Origin: a virus
Taxonomy: Duplodnaviria > Caudoviricetes
DNA: 64,000 nucleotides
Reading direction: 5' to 3' (one strand)
Virus record (IMG/VR): IMGVR_UViG_3300014204_000165
Span: 12,606 to 76,605 of that record
Under the pieces are notes generated by a model. It was not told the origin of the DNA. It ran no database searches and saw nothing but the letters and a program-made list of their open reading frames with translations. Shown piece by piece: positions 38,226 to 47,980 of the stretch. Positions within the stretch are counted from its first letter, which is position 1. Each line of letters opens with the position of its first letter. A program made the position numbers and the translations under genes.

Positions 38226-39041
38226 TTATAAAGATTCAACTACAACTTCATCCTGTTTAATGGTAAGTTTAAACTTACCTTCTACAAGAATAACATAATC
38301 TGTATTCTCGATTACGTCATGTACACGATATAACAAATTCTTGCGATTGAGTCCATAAGGTATTTCACAATTTGGGCAGTTGATTTCTCCACGCTTACCT
38401 TTACCTGCTTTCTCATCCTTAACAGAGTTTCTATGAACTCTGCTTTGGTCAACTATTTTGACAACTTGGTTTGCGATTTCCCAGTCGTCGAGGGCTTTCC
38501 GGGCATTAACTTGCTTCTCGCGAATGCTATTCTTGTCTTGATCACTTGCTGTTACAAATTGTACTGCTAATTTTTGGGAATAAGATTCATACTCGATTTC
38601 GCGACGCTCCTTTTCTAATAGGAGGTCTTTACTAGCATCCACGGGACACCTTCTACAAAACCAAATGTCTGTTGCCATGCATTGGGGACACTGCGAAAAC
38701 TTAGTAGAATCTAAGTGCATCCAAGTATGTCCACAAACCGAGCACTCATAATGGGAATTAATTTCTATCTCATTGTCCCAGTAGGCTCTAACTTGGTCAT
38801 CTGGCTGTAAGAAAAAAGTATATTTTGGAAGAGGTACTGAAATGGCTGGGATCTTGTTGGCGACAAGCTTGTCAGCAAGTTCATGACCAATCGGCGTTAT
38901 AACAAGTTTATAGGGATTGGTATCCTGAGTATCCGTCCAAAATTGCTGAGTACCATCGTCTCGAAATTGTGGAATAAAGCGATCATTGCCTTGCGCATCC
39001 TTATAAACCTTTATCCACATTAACTCGATTATCGAGGACAT
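38226..39041 (-). CDS. Multi-zinc-ribbon hypothetical protein
   Basis: CSVC, CPQC, CRRC, CPNC. Confidence 0.7.
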   Translation of the reverse strand: MSSIIELMWIKVYKDAQGNDRFIPQFRDDGTQQFWTDTQDTNPYKLVITPIGHELADKLVANKIPAISVPLPKYTFFLQPDDQVRAYWDNEIEINSHYECSVCGHTWMHLDSTKFSQCPQCMATDIWFCRRCPVDASKDLLLEKERREIEYESYSQKLAVQFVTASDQDKNSIREKQVNARKALDDWEIANQVVKIVDQSRVHRNSVKDEKAGKGKRGEINCPNCEIPYGLNRKNLLYRVHDVIENTDYVILVEGKFKLTIKQDEVVVESL

Positions 39042-39641
39042 TTACTCACCAGAACGAACAATCTTCACATATTCACTGGCTGTAACTTGCTTGTTTTCTT
39101 GTTTCTGTTCGTTCCAAATATCCTTTATACTGTATTGTAAATTTTTAATCGCCTTACTTACAGCATAATCATACATATATTGATTGGGCATGCGCAGAGC
39201 TTCGATCTTCTCCGTGGAAATTTCCCATGGCTTGTCGCTGTTGCTAAAGTGGTACCTGTAAAAGGTTATTAAGCCAGTCTCTGGTATGCAAAGTTCCTGA
39301 CGATAGAATTTACAATTTCGGTATTCTTGTAGGACTTTAGGACCTGATTGTTCCTCAGACTTTACTTGCCGGATAAAAATATCAAATTGTACATTATCCC
39401 GGTATAACTCATCCAGGATGTCCCGGCGAATATTTTCATTAAAGAAGACTGTACCAATTTCAAAGACTCCACAAAATTCTTTATTAAAGGAGTCTGTTAA
39501 GAAAAGCTTTAACGGGATAATATAACCAAGATCTTCCTCGGGAATATTAATTTTATTATTAGTTTCGTTTAAAAATTTCGGTACAACTTGGATATTGATG
39601 CATCCTGGGGTCAGTGCTATAATATGGGTTCCTTGCTTCAT
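39042..39641 (-). CDS. Hypothetical protein
   Basis: 199 aa, packed in operon. Confidence 0.6.
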   Translation of the reverse strand: MKQGTHIIALTPGCINIQVVPKFLNETNNKINIPEEDLGYIIPLKLFLTDSFNKEFCGVFEIGTVFFNENIRRDILDELYRDNVQFDIFIRQVKSEEQSGPKVLQEYRNCKFYRQELCIPETGLITFYRYHFSNSDKPWEISTEKIEALRMPNQYMYDYAVSKAIKNLQYSIKDIWNEQKQENKQVTASEYVKIVRSGE

Positions 39642-39740
39642 TTTGACTTGCCTCGTGGTTTGCTTTAAATTTGGTTTTATGTTTATTATAAAAATAAAAA
39701 GAAAAGTTAAAAAATTGTTTAAAATTTTAACTTTTCCGTG

Positions 39741-40313
39741 CTAAATTTCATCGTAGCGCCAAGAAATTGTTTCATTTGCTTTGTCGCCCTGGGTTGCGTC
39801 AGTATCGATTATAACCTGAGTTACGACACACTTAGAACTTCCCGCAGTTGTATACGGTCCACTATCCACTAGGAGTGTGCTGCCTGCAACATAAGTATCG
39901 GCATTCGCGGGCACGGCATGATTGGAAGTGCCCGACTTGTAATAGGTATGCCCATTGGTTACGTCATCCATGTCGTAGCCAGATGTTCCCAGGACACCAT
40001 CTGCTTGGTCATAGCTGCCAGTTGGCATGCCATTATCTCCAGTCGACTTGACGCCAACGAAGAGACCACCATCAGTGCCTAGCGCCCAGTTAGTTCGTAC
40101 CGCTCCAGAAGTGTACCATCTAATGTTGCTGATCTGGGTAAAGTCACCAGAAAATGCAATATTATGGGTCTTCCAGTAGGAATAGTTTAAGCCAGTGGCA
40201 GGTACAACACAAGGATTACTCAATCCAGGGTTATAGCTGTCCATTGTGCAATATCGGCCCTGTGTAATGACTGTAGCGGTTGGGCCAGAACCATTCAGTT
40301 CCGTGACATTCAT
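39741..40313 (-). CDS. Virion structural protein (start may be an ATT at about 40325)
   Basis: Ser/Thr/Gly-rich beta protein in structural operon. Confidence 0.65.
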   Translation of the reverse strand: MNVTELNGSGPTATVITQGRYCTMDSYNPGLSNPCVVPATGLNYSYWKTHNIAFSGDFTQISNIRWYTSGAVRTNWALGTDGGLFVGVKSTGDNGMPTGSYDQADGVLGTSGYDMDDVTNGHTYYKSGTSNHAVPANADTYVAGSTLLVDSGPYTTAGSSKCVVTQVIIDTDATQGDKANETISWRYDEI

Positions 40314-40418
40314 CGTAGCGACAATAAAGATTCCTCATATTTTACTTTTGTAGTATTCATTTTTATTTTTTTCCTAATTTTGTTAAAAAATCATTATAAA
40401 TTTTTAATAACTTCTTCT

Positions 40419-40859
40419 TTACTTACTTAACTTCTTAAAAACATAATTGTAAAGCTGTTCCTGGGCGTTATCAAGGACCTCTTCGATATTCTCATCGTAA
40501 GTGCTGCGAATAAAAGATCTGGGCGGAATAAACCAAGGGCCATGTTCCTTTTCAGACGTACCTTTCCTTGGCCTATTTTCCCAAATGACTCCGTATTCGT
40601 TTGGCGCTGCTTTTTTGGCAATCTCTTCGTTAAGAACTCCAGATGTTATTGTTAAGCCTGTGGGACTTTGTTCCACTAGGTGGGTGATGCTTGATAGAAG
40701 TTCTCCTGTGTCAATTAAGGTATGTGAAGATCCTTTCGCAGCGATAGTGCTTGGAGCATTCTCAGGTGGAACGTTAGACAAGATCTTTTCCCTGATCTTG
40801 TTTTCAAAATCCATGCCAATACTTTCAGCGATATCTTCCAGGGTCATGATCATCCACAA
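40419..40859 (-). CDS. Neck/tail-completion (virion morphogenesis) protein
   Basis: NAPSTI..KG....LIDTGEL..SI, NEYG, IPPRSF+R. Confidence 0.8.
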   Translation of the reverse strand: MWMIMTLEDIAESIGMDFENKIREKILSNVPPENAPSTIAAKGSSHTLIDTGELLSSITHLVEQSPTGLTITSGVLNEEIAKKAAPNEYGVIWENRPRKGTSEKEHGPWFIPPRSFIRSTYDENIEEVLDNAQEQLYNYVFKKLSK

Positions 40860-42178
40860 ATTATGGTGGTTGTCCCGCCGATTGCCTTAACGTAGACTGT
40901 CAAAGTACTTGACCAAGACGAAACTGCACCCAAGGAATCAGTTGCCTTTGCTCTCACAGAATAGGTTCCAGGTGTAGACCATGTGTGTGATAAACCAGCA
41001 GATGTTCCAGAGGATACCCAGCCACTATCCGTTGTAGTAGTGTCTCCCCAATCAACGGTGTAATAGATATTGTCACTTTCTGGATCAGTTGTCGATGTTG
41101 AATACGAATAGGAATTTAGTGGTCTTATATTGCTTGTCCCAGAGGGAGTCGATGGTACAGAAGGTGCTTGATCAACTGTATAAGAAACAATAACAGTTAC
41201 TTGCGTGCAATATGTAATAAATCCACCAGATCTTGATCTTAATGTAACACCTGCTTCTAGTGCGTCAACTTCGGCTCTGGTCCATGCAACACCAGTAATT
41301 GGATTAATAGTCCAGACCTCGCCCCATGTTGTATAGGAATAACTCAGTGAAATATCTGGATTACCATTTAAGTCGCGTTCTATTCCGTACGCCAAGCCAC
41401 CATTTGTATATACAGTCGCTTTTCCGAATCCAGAATTTGGTCCTGATGTCCAAGCGTTCCTGCCTCGGAATATCACAGCAACCGCATTAATTCTTAACAC
41501 CGAACCAGATGAAAGGTTGCTAAGAGCATACGTATCCACTAAGGCAGATGTGCTTGATGTACTAACTGTTGTGCTATCTCCATCAGGCGAGTCAATACTA
41601 TCATCTACTTTGTCATAATGATTCGTAGAACTTGGTGTTTGCGATGTTATTTGTGTATATGATCCATTACCAGTTGGGTAAATAATTTCAGATGCTGCCC
41701 CAAATGGTGTATAAGTCACCGTTACGTACTGTTCTGTGCACCAAGTTTGATTTCCAAATTCTGCTTGAAGCTTTAATAAAAGCAAGCAACTTGCCAATTC
41801 AGGTATAGTCCAAGCAGCACCAGTTGCGGGATTTGTGTTCCAAGTATCAGTATATGTTTGCCAAGAAGATGAAGTGGCCGTATGCGAACTGATATAATCA
41901 GTGATACCACTTGCACTAGGAATCCTAAGACCGTTCCAACAAACTCCTCCAGTAGCACCATAGGTAATTTGTGTAACGGATACTGATTGAATGGTACCCA
42001 GTGCAAAAATTGGAAGCCAGTATACATCTAATCCGGAAACAGCAGCCCAACTACTCACTATTCTGTTGTTGGTTGTAAAACTATCATTAGACTGAAGATT
42101 TGCATAGTTAGTACCACCAGTTGGTGTAAGAACTTCAGTATTGATATTAGCTATTGGATGTAATACTATTGTGGCCAT
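40850..42178 (-). CDS. Virion adhesin with duplicated domain and C-terminal PKD domain
   Basis: Two W..NP.TG.AWT..E repeats; Y..DWGD....H.W..PGTY.V PKD motif. Confidence 0.75.
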   Translation of the reverse strand: MATIVLHPIANINTEVLTPTGGTNYANLQSNDSFTTNNRIVSSWAAVSGLDVYWLPIFALGTIQSVSVTQITYGATGGVCWNGLRIPSASGITDYISSHTATSSSWQTYTDTWNTNPATGAAWTIPELASCLLLLKLQAEFGNQTWCTEQYVTVTYTPFGAASEIIYPTGNGSYTQITSQTPSSTNHYDKVDDSIDSPDGDSTTVSTSSTSALVDTYALSNLSSGSVLRINAVAVIFRGRNAWTSGPNSGFGKATVYTNGGLAYGIERDLNGNPDISLSYSYTTWGEVWTINPITGVAWTRAEVDALEAGVTLRSRSGGFITYCTQVTVIVSYTVDQAPSVPSTPSGTSNIRPLNSYSYSTSTTDPESDNIYYTVDWGDTTTTDSGWVSSGTSAGLSHTWSTPGTYSVRAKATDSLGAVSSWSSTLTVYVKAIGGTTTIICG

Positions 42179-42179
42179 T

Positions 42180-43175
42180 TTAAGTCGTCACGACCGTTAG
42201 GTTAATTGTGAGTCGTGTAATAGTTGTGCAAGAATCTACATTGAAGTATAAAGAATCACCAGATGTGATTGCAGTTGTCCAGCCCGTTAAGGTACTATTT
42301 TGATACTTAATTGCAGAAGAAATTGTAGGGGTTGCACTTGCTGTTATACTGTTTCCATCTGCTGCGGGCAGGTTAGCATAAGCAGCTTTCCAGATGTCTA
42401 CGACGCATGAGCCAGTGGTATCCGCTATCAGGGTACACTTTGTGATAGTACAATTAAAATCAACAGGAACAATAGATTTAATTCCGGTTCCAATTGCGAA
42501 GCCGCCGCCATCGATTGTCGTAATGATTTGTTTGGTTTGTCCAGTAACTAATGCCGCACTTACTGCTGGTATCTGGGCACTTGCATTTAATTGAATCAGG
42601 TTATTTGCACTAGTGCCCACTGCCAAGCCAGTCCCTAATGTCTTCGCAGTTGCAGACCACTGAGGGACATATCCCGAGGTTGTTGTACCTGTTGGAGCCT
42701 CAACACAATATGGCCCGTAGGACGCAATATCCAAAATCGCGGCATTCAAAATAGTTGTGGCATTTGCTTCTACGTAAACCAAGGCCAGAATAACACCATT
42801 TGGAATACTGCTTCCAGGTGCCGGCGTTGCCATTTGTCTAAAGTCGGTCTTACTTGAGGGAGAAATAGCTGTAGGCGTACCAGCATAAATCGAGATAGTT
42901 CCGGCTGTATTCACATAAATTACGTCAATTCTTGGATAAGTTGCATCTGCAGTTGCGACGGTTAAGGTACCGCCAGTTACAGTTTTTCTTTCCGTAGAAT
43001 AGGCAACCTGCACATAACCACTGTCAACTACCACGGACATTCCAGGAGTTCCGGATTGATTACAATCGCAACCGCTGATGACAAAATATCCTTGGTCCGC
43101 CCTAGCAAAAGATGCAACATGTGCTGATGTGAATTGCTCGCCCTTGGCTGTGCTTATAACACCTACGTTTGCCAT
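42180..43175 (-). CDS. Fibre/whisker-like virion protein
   Basis: V.V.SG......, AD...PRID.+ pattern; Thr/Ala-rich. Confidence 0.65.
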   Translation of the reverse strand: MANVGVISTAKGEQFTSAHVASFARADQGYFVISGCDCNQSGTPGMSVVVDSGYVQVAYSTERKTVTGGTLTVATADATYPRIDVIYVNTAGTISIYAGTPTAISPSSKTDFRQMATPAPGSSIPNGVILALVYVEANATTILNAAILDIASYGPYCVEAPTGTTTSGYVPQWSATAKTLGTGLAVGTSANNLIQLNASAQIPAVSAALVTGQTKQIITTIDGGGFAIGTGIKSIVPVDFNCTITKCTLIADTTGSCVVDIWKAAYANLPAADGNSITASATPTISSAIKYQNSTLTGWTTAITSGDSLYFNVDSCTTITRLTINLTVVTT

Positions 43176-43209
43176 TTTCCTGAATACTCCTTGAAAAATT
43201 TAATAAAAT

Positions 43210-43788
43210 TTACAAATAGTTTACATCAAATTGCGCAGTGCAACCTTCTAATACGCAAGTCAAATCAGCATTGCCGTTATCTTTAACCTTGATCTTGACA
43301 TAGTATTGTTCACCGGCAGTTGCATAAGCCTGCTCATCACTTGGTATCGTCACGACAAATGTATGATCATCCACGACAAGTCTTTCGGCTTTAGTATCAT
43401 ATGCAGCGGCCCAATCTTCTGCTTCATCTCCTGCAAGAACAGATCCTACTGGTGCAGAGCCCTCTGTCGGAGTTGTAACTTTCAAAATGTTGATTTCAAA
43501 ATCGTCATTGGTCGTATCCAGAGTTCCGCCCAAGGCTACGACAACAGTCACAGATTTTAGCTTGGCGCCCTTCAGAGCAGTTGTCCTACATGGGAATATT
43601 ATAGGCATCTGGTAATATTCCGTGGTGTTTGCAGGTGTCCTTGTTACCAAGAGGACATTTGAGCTCAGGCTTGCTGTCCATGTTCCTGTAGAATATACAG
43701 CTGGTGCAAGTAGAACCTGTACCTGAAAATCTGTTTTTGCTACATCTGATGTTAGGCTTCCGCCATCCATTATTAGAGTTCCTGTCAA
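43210..43788 (-). CDS. Virion structural protein
   Basis: Beta-rich 192 aa in structural operon. Confidence 0.6.
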   Translation of the reverse strand: MTGTLIMDGGSLTSDVAKTDFQVQVLLAPAVYSTGTWTASLSSNVLLVTRTPANTTEYYQMPIIFPCRTTALKGAKLKSVTVVVALGGTLDTTNDDFEINILKVTTPTEGSAPVGSVLAGDEAEDWAAAYDTKAERLVVDDHTFVVTIPSDEQAYATAGEQYYVKIKVKDNGNADLTCVLEGCTAQFDVNYL

Positions 43789-43808
43789 GAATAATCACCA
43801 AAGTTTGT

Positions 43809-44147
43809 TTATAATGATTTTAATGTAAAGTTACCTATGTTTGTTATAGTTCCAGTATTAATTATTGTACCTTGGTTATATTGGAAAAGAATATCACCAG
43901 AATTTGTTATAGAACCAGCATTTGTGAGGTCGGTACTTGGTCCAATATAGCCCATCAGGGTCTCGCCAGCCTTAACAGTCCAAGACCTTCCAGCCCCTAA
44001 GTCCATATAAGATAAGGTTACTAATTCAGCACTGCGTCCTGAATTTAACTGAACGCTTTCACTTGGTTGAAAGCCCAAATCCAAATAGGTCTGGTACTCG
44101 CTCAGGGAGAGTTGGCCATCCCGGAATAAATCAATAAGTCTTGTCAA
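43809..44147 (-). CDS. Structural protein with N-terminal SHOCT-like motif
   Basis: LIDLFRDGQLSLSEYQ; TTG start with SD after late motif. Confidence 0.55.
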   Translation of the reverse strand: MTRLIDLFRDGQLSLSEYQTYLDLGFQPSESVQLNSGRSAELVTLSYMDLGAGRSWTVKAGETLMGYIGPSTDLTNAGSITNSGDILFQYNQGTIINTGTITNIGNFTLKSL

Positions 44148-44168
44148 AGAAAGTCACCTTGGAAAACT

Positions 44169-44206
44169 TTAATCATATTGGAAGGCAAAAGAACGTGTTT
44201 TACGAT
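44169..44206 (-). promoter_or_regulatory. Conserved bipartite late-operon motif, copy 2
   Basis: TTAATCATATTGGAAGGCAAA-N7-GTTTTACGAT. Confidence 0.7.
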
Positions 44207-44245
44207 GCAAAAAGTATAAATAGGTATAGCAAAATATTGTCTTGT

Positions 44246-44572
44246 ATGAAAGAGTTAAAATTGAATCCAGATGGCGTTCTCAACATATTGGACCCTAGAA
44301 AAACCTATGTTCTGGAAGTGAATTGGACATATGAGGAACCAGAGTATCACGGCAAAAAGTATTATCTTCCTGTGGAAAGTCGGGGCGGCTTAGAATTTCG
44401 GCGTATTGGTGCCACGTCAAATTTTATATGGGTACTTGGTAAATACATTCAATACTTAGTAGAAGCCGTATTAAAATATCTACAAAATTGCCAAGATCCG
44501 CATTGGTCTGAGTATCATGTATATGAGTTTAACTCCCTTGAAGAATTTAATAATTGGAGAGAAAATCAATGA
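44246..44572 (+). CDS. Paralog family B member
   Basis: MKELKLNPDGVLNILDPRKTY. Confidence 0.75.
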   Translation: MKELKLNPDGVLNILDPRKTYVLEVNWTYEEPEYHGKKYYLPVESRGGLEFRRIGATSNFIWVLGKYIQYLVEAVLKYLQNCQDPHWSEYHVYEFNSLEEFNNWRENQ

Positions 44573-44889
44573 GAAAAATAGAACTTAATCCTGATGGCAC
44601 TCTGAATATTTTGGATCCTCATAAAGTTTATGTCCTGCGAGTTGACTGGGGAAATGCTAGTTATGGTATAGAAGGAATTAAATATTATTTCCCTAAAAAG
44701 AAATCAACCAACTATTGGATATTTGAAAGAGAAGGTGGACATACTTTCAGAAGTTTTCAAGTAAAAGACCTACAATACGTAATTGAGCAGTGTTTGATAT
44801 TCTTGAAAAGAGATTACCAAGAAACTGCTTTTTTTATTGCAGAGTTCAAGGATATGTCTGAATTCGAAACCTGGAAGGCATCTCAATGA
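44569..44889 (+). CDS. Paralog family B member
   Basis: MRKIELNPDGTLNILDPHKVY; ATGA overlap. Confidence 0.75.
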   Translation: MRKIELNPDGTLNILDPHKVYVLRVDWGNASYGIEGIKYYFPKKKSTNYWIFEREGGHTFRSFQVKDLQYVIEQCLIFLKRDYQETAFFIAEFKDMSEFETWKASQ

Positions 44890-45221
44890 AAGAAATCACC
44901 CTAAATCCTGATGGTACCCTAAACATAATCGATCCTAGAAAAATATATTGTCTAATAATTAATTGGGATCAGGTACCAGAAGAAACATGGATGAGAGGAA
45001 TAAAATATTACCTTCCAAAAGAATTATCACTAGGCTTATGGAGATACGAACGTCAAAATGGCGGAACTTATGGCTATTTCGGAGAATATAATGAAAAGCA
45101 CCTGCAATATGTTGTAGAAGGTTGCCTAAAGAAATGCAAAAGACCAAGATTCATTAATGCAAGTCAGCTGTTGGAATTTAACGATCAAGAAGAATATAAC
45201 CAATGGAGAGATACACTATGA
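44886..45221 (+). CDS. Paralog family B member
   Basis: MKEITLNPDGTLNIIDPRKIY; ATGA overlap. Confidence 0.75.
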   Translation: MKEITLNPDGTLNIIDPRKIYCLIINWDQVPEETWMRGIKYYLPKELSLGLWRYERQNGGTYGYFGEYNEKHLQYVVEGCLKKCKRPRFINASQLLEFNDQEEYNQWRDTL

Positions 45222-45559
45222 AAGAAATCAAACTTAACCAAGATGGTATCTTGAATATCCTTAATTTAGATAAACTTTACGTAATGAGATTCAATTGGAT
45301 CCTAGTAGGCGAACCCGAACTAGGAATAAAATATTATATAGCAACAAAAATACGTAATAAACTCTGGTCGTTTAGAAGAGACAGAGACAAGTGGTTTAAT
45401 AGTGAACTTGATTCTGACTGTTTACAATATTGTATTGATAATATGATACGGCATAATAATAAATATCATTACACAAGATTTAATATATTTGAATTTAAAG
45501 ACCACCGAGAATTCACTGAATATCTGGAACAGGAAAATAATATTCAACATCCATTGTGA
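45218..45559 (+). CDS. Paralog family B member
   Basis: MKEIKLNQDGILNILNLDKLY; ATGA overlap. Confidence 0.75.
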   Translation: MKEIKLNQDGILNILNLDKLYVMRFNWILVGEPELGIKYYIATKIRNKLWSFRRDRDKWFNSELDSDCLQYCIDNMIRHNNKYHYTRFNIFEFKDHREFTEYLEQENNIQHPL

Positions 45560-45971
45560 TGGTACCCACCCAATGGGCTTGCTCAGTGGATTCTATTTTA
45601 GTACTTATTTTGTTTATATAAATTTTATAATCTTCTGTGACCTTCTTTCGATGGAGTGAAAACAAATTTGCAATAGTGTCCACAACTTTTCGACAATGAT
45701 TATCGTTTTCTCCTAAGCCACAGACCACATTTATGACTATGTTAATGTCAAGCTTGTCAAAATCTCGGACTTGGGTAAAGAAGCAGCCATCTCCACTATC
45801 ACTAGTGTAAAGAATACCAACTCTTGTATAGTGAGGTGCAACTAGTGTAACTGGGGTTCTGAGCAGCCCTGTATAGAATTGATTGTCACAGAGGGTAACG
45901 AGTTCACTGTCTTGGTGTAATTCATCTAAAATAAATTGTATAGTGGGCTCAATTTGAGAAGTCAAAATCAT
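45513..45971 (-). CDS. Probable tail terminator / neck protein
   Basis: L..D.EL..L...Y.G pattern of gp17/DUF3168-like proteins; position. Confidence 0.55.
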   Translation of the reverse strand: MILTSQIEPTIQFILDELHQDSELVTLCDNQFYTGLLRTPVTLVAPHYTRVGILYTSDSGDGCFFTQVRDFDKLDINIVINVVCGLGENDNHCRKVVDTIANLFSLHRKKVTEDYKIYINKISTKIESTEQAHWVGTITMDVEYYFPVPDIQ

Positions 45972-46585
45972 TCACCAACATACTTAGCAACCGCACGAAA
46001 CGCAAATTCCTGTGGAACGTATGAAGGCGGCGCTGATATATTCTCAAAATCACTTACTGGAACGAACACCTGATCTGGATAATTTGGACTAATCGTAAAT
46101 GTCATATCTCGACTAACTGGGGCAGCTCGCTCCACTCGGCAATAATGAATAATCTTGCTTCCCAAGCCTAGTTCATTGGCTTGGATTTGGGCGCTCATTC
46201 CACCCATCTGACCAAATTCCGCGCCATACGGACCAAAAGTTTGTTTCCAGACTAGGGGCATTCCAACAGAGTCCACGGCCTGTACCTGTAAAGTGGTCCC
46301 TGCTACAAAATAATTAGAAGTCAGTGTCGAAATTGTATCAAAAGTGTTAAGAGAATACTGGGTACCTGCTTCACCAAATGAAATACGCTCTGTAACAGAT
46401 ACACCATCCAATAAGCCAGTAACCTTTACCCGACAAATTCCTGACGAGGTTAGTGCTAATTTGAAATCCTCGGTTGGATAAGATAGGCCTGTCATTGTTG
46501 AGGCTATTGGACCATTAAAGATGTCACTGATGTTTTTGTAAAGGGTCAACCGATGTGTATAACGGACGCGTTTAGGATAAGGCAA
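45968..46585 (-). CDS. Probable head closure / head-tail joining protein
   Basis: Position between adaptor and terminator; beta-rich. Confidence 0.45.
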   Translation of the reverse strand: MPYPKRVRYTHRLTLYKNISDIFNGPIASTMTGLSYPTEDFKLALTSSGICRVKVTGLLDGVSVTERISFGEAGTQYSLNTFDTISTLTSNYFVAGTTLQVQAVDSVGMPLVWKQTFGPYGAEFGQMGGMSAQIQANELGLGSKIIHYCRVERAAPVSRDMTFTISPNYPDQVFVPVSDFENISAPPSYVPQEFAFRAVAKYVGE

Positions 46586-46586
46586 A

Positions 46587-47384
46587 TTAATCCACTCCCT
46601 TTACGACCTTTACTTTTATAATATTAAATCTATCTTTCTTATAACTATCTACAACTTCAAAAGAAATTCCTCTATCTAATAAAACTTCTTGCTCCTTTTC
46701 TTTATACGAGTTAGGCTCTGCGTAAGGTGTCATGTTAATTGCATGAATACCACTGGGTGCCTGGATTTCTAATATTGTTTTAGGCACTAATTTTATACCA
46801 GATCCCCATCCACCTACAGCAAAATTAGCAGCCTGATCAAGTTTTTTAGAAGTCGAACTAAATCTCTTAAATTTTATAAGTTCCCCTGGTATTGTTGTTT
46901 CATATAGTTCTGCTCTTTTTAAATCGAGTCCCATATATAAGGTCTGATCTTTGTCTAGAACAGAATTTCTCATTGCATTATCTACATTTTTTAACATTCT
47001 AGCATCAAAATCATTTGGTTCTAATGTATATTCTTTTCCTTTTTCTAATATATCATTAACAGATTTTGATCCCATATCAGTAAATTCACGTAAATAATGG
47101 GCTTGTCTTTCTGTTATTAAAGGATTAGACTTTTCTTTAAATTCCTTTGACTTAAAATATTCTGCACCAGAACTGAAGTTATGAACATAAGTTCCATCTG
47201 GTAATTTTGCGTCTAAATCTACTTCACCATTCGGTAATTTTGGAACATCATATTTGTCTTTTTTACTGGAAGTTATTTCATTATCACACTTGTTATCCTG
47301 GCCATTAAATTCGCATTTATAGTTCAATTTCATCTCGTACATTTTACCAGGTTTACCTAAAAAAGTGTAAATAAGAATCACCAA
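46587..47384 (-). CDS. VIP2/ExoS-like ADP-ribosyltransferase domain protein
   Basis: FSSTS, +LEI..P.G..A, EQEVLL.RG..F.V; the usual L-Y-R-G reads L-Y-M-G. Confidence 0.85.
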   Translation of the reverse strand: MVILIYTFLGKPGKMYEMKLNYKCEFNGQDNKCDNEITSSKKDKYDVPKLPNGEVDLDAKLPDGTYVHNFSSGAEYFKSKEFKEKSNPLITERQAHYLREFTDMGSKSVNDILEKGKEYTLEPNDFDARMLKNVDNAMRNSVLDKDQTLYMGLDLKRAELYETTIPGELIKFKRFSSTSKKLDQAANFAVGGWGSGIKLVPKTILEIQAPSGIHAINMTPYAEPNSYKEKEQEVLLDRGISFEVVDSYKKDRFNIIKVKVVKGVD

Positions 47385-47962
47385 GCAGAATTCTCATTTG
47401 GGCTATTGTAATCAACTCCCATATCCTCAACGTCTTCAGAGTCATACCCATCTTCCGACGCATTATATGCAGGAATTCCAGAACGTTTCCAGCGTTTTGG
47501 ATATTTCCTAGCATCCTCAATACGATTAATTATAATTGCTGCTCCTCGACCACCACTTACCACAGATCTTCTATAAGCATTTTCAATTGTATCCAGCATG
47601 GCTTTTAATGCAAGTCTTGGTCCTGTATCCTCGCCTCTGCTAAAACTAACACCGGGGGCTTGGGATTGTGAACGAAACGACCAATCTGGGTTCCCTTTTT
47701 CAAAGGTGTCAGCTACCAAATGGCAAATAAGTGCGCTGATTTGATTGTCTGTTAGGGTCTCATAAGGGATGCTCCGAGAAGCCAACAGACTGCTTAATTC
47801 ATCTGCAGCCAGATCGGCATATATGCCAAAACTATCATATAGGATGTCAGCGTCTGTGTGGATAGGTACTGCTTCGTGAGCTTCGTCGTAGTCCTGAACC
47901 GATAGGAACCTATAATATGTTCCAAAGGAACTAATTAACTCGCCATAAGGATCGTCAGCCAT
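47378..47962 (-). CDS. Probable head-tail adaptor protein
   Basis: Helical, ALICHLVA...SQS..GVSFS pattern; first gene after the late motif. Confidence 0.55.
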   Translation of the reverse strand: MADDPYGELISSFGTYYRFLSVQDYDEAHEAVPIHTDADILYDSFGIYADLAADELSSLLASRSIPYETLTDNQISALICHLVADTFEKGNPDWSFRSQSQAPGVSFSRGEDTGPRLALKAMLDTIENAYRRSVVSGGRGAAIIINRIEDARKYPKRWKRSGIPAYNASEDGYDSEDVEDMGVDYNSPNENSAW

Positions 47963-47980
47963 AATGCACCTTGAAGAACT

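Noticed and set aside
20030-47962. Amber (TAG) reassignment in late genes
   Set aside because: Structural ORFs are full length under the standard code and several end in TAG followed by the next gene.
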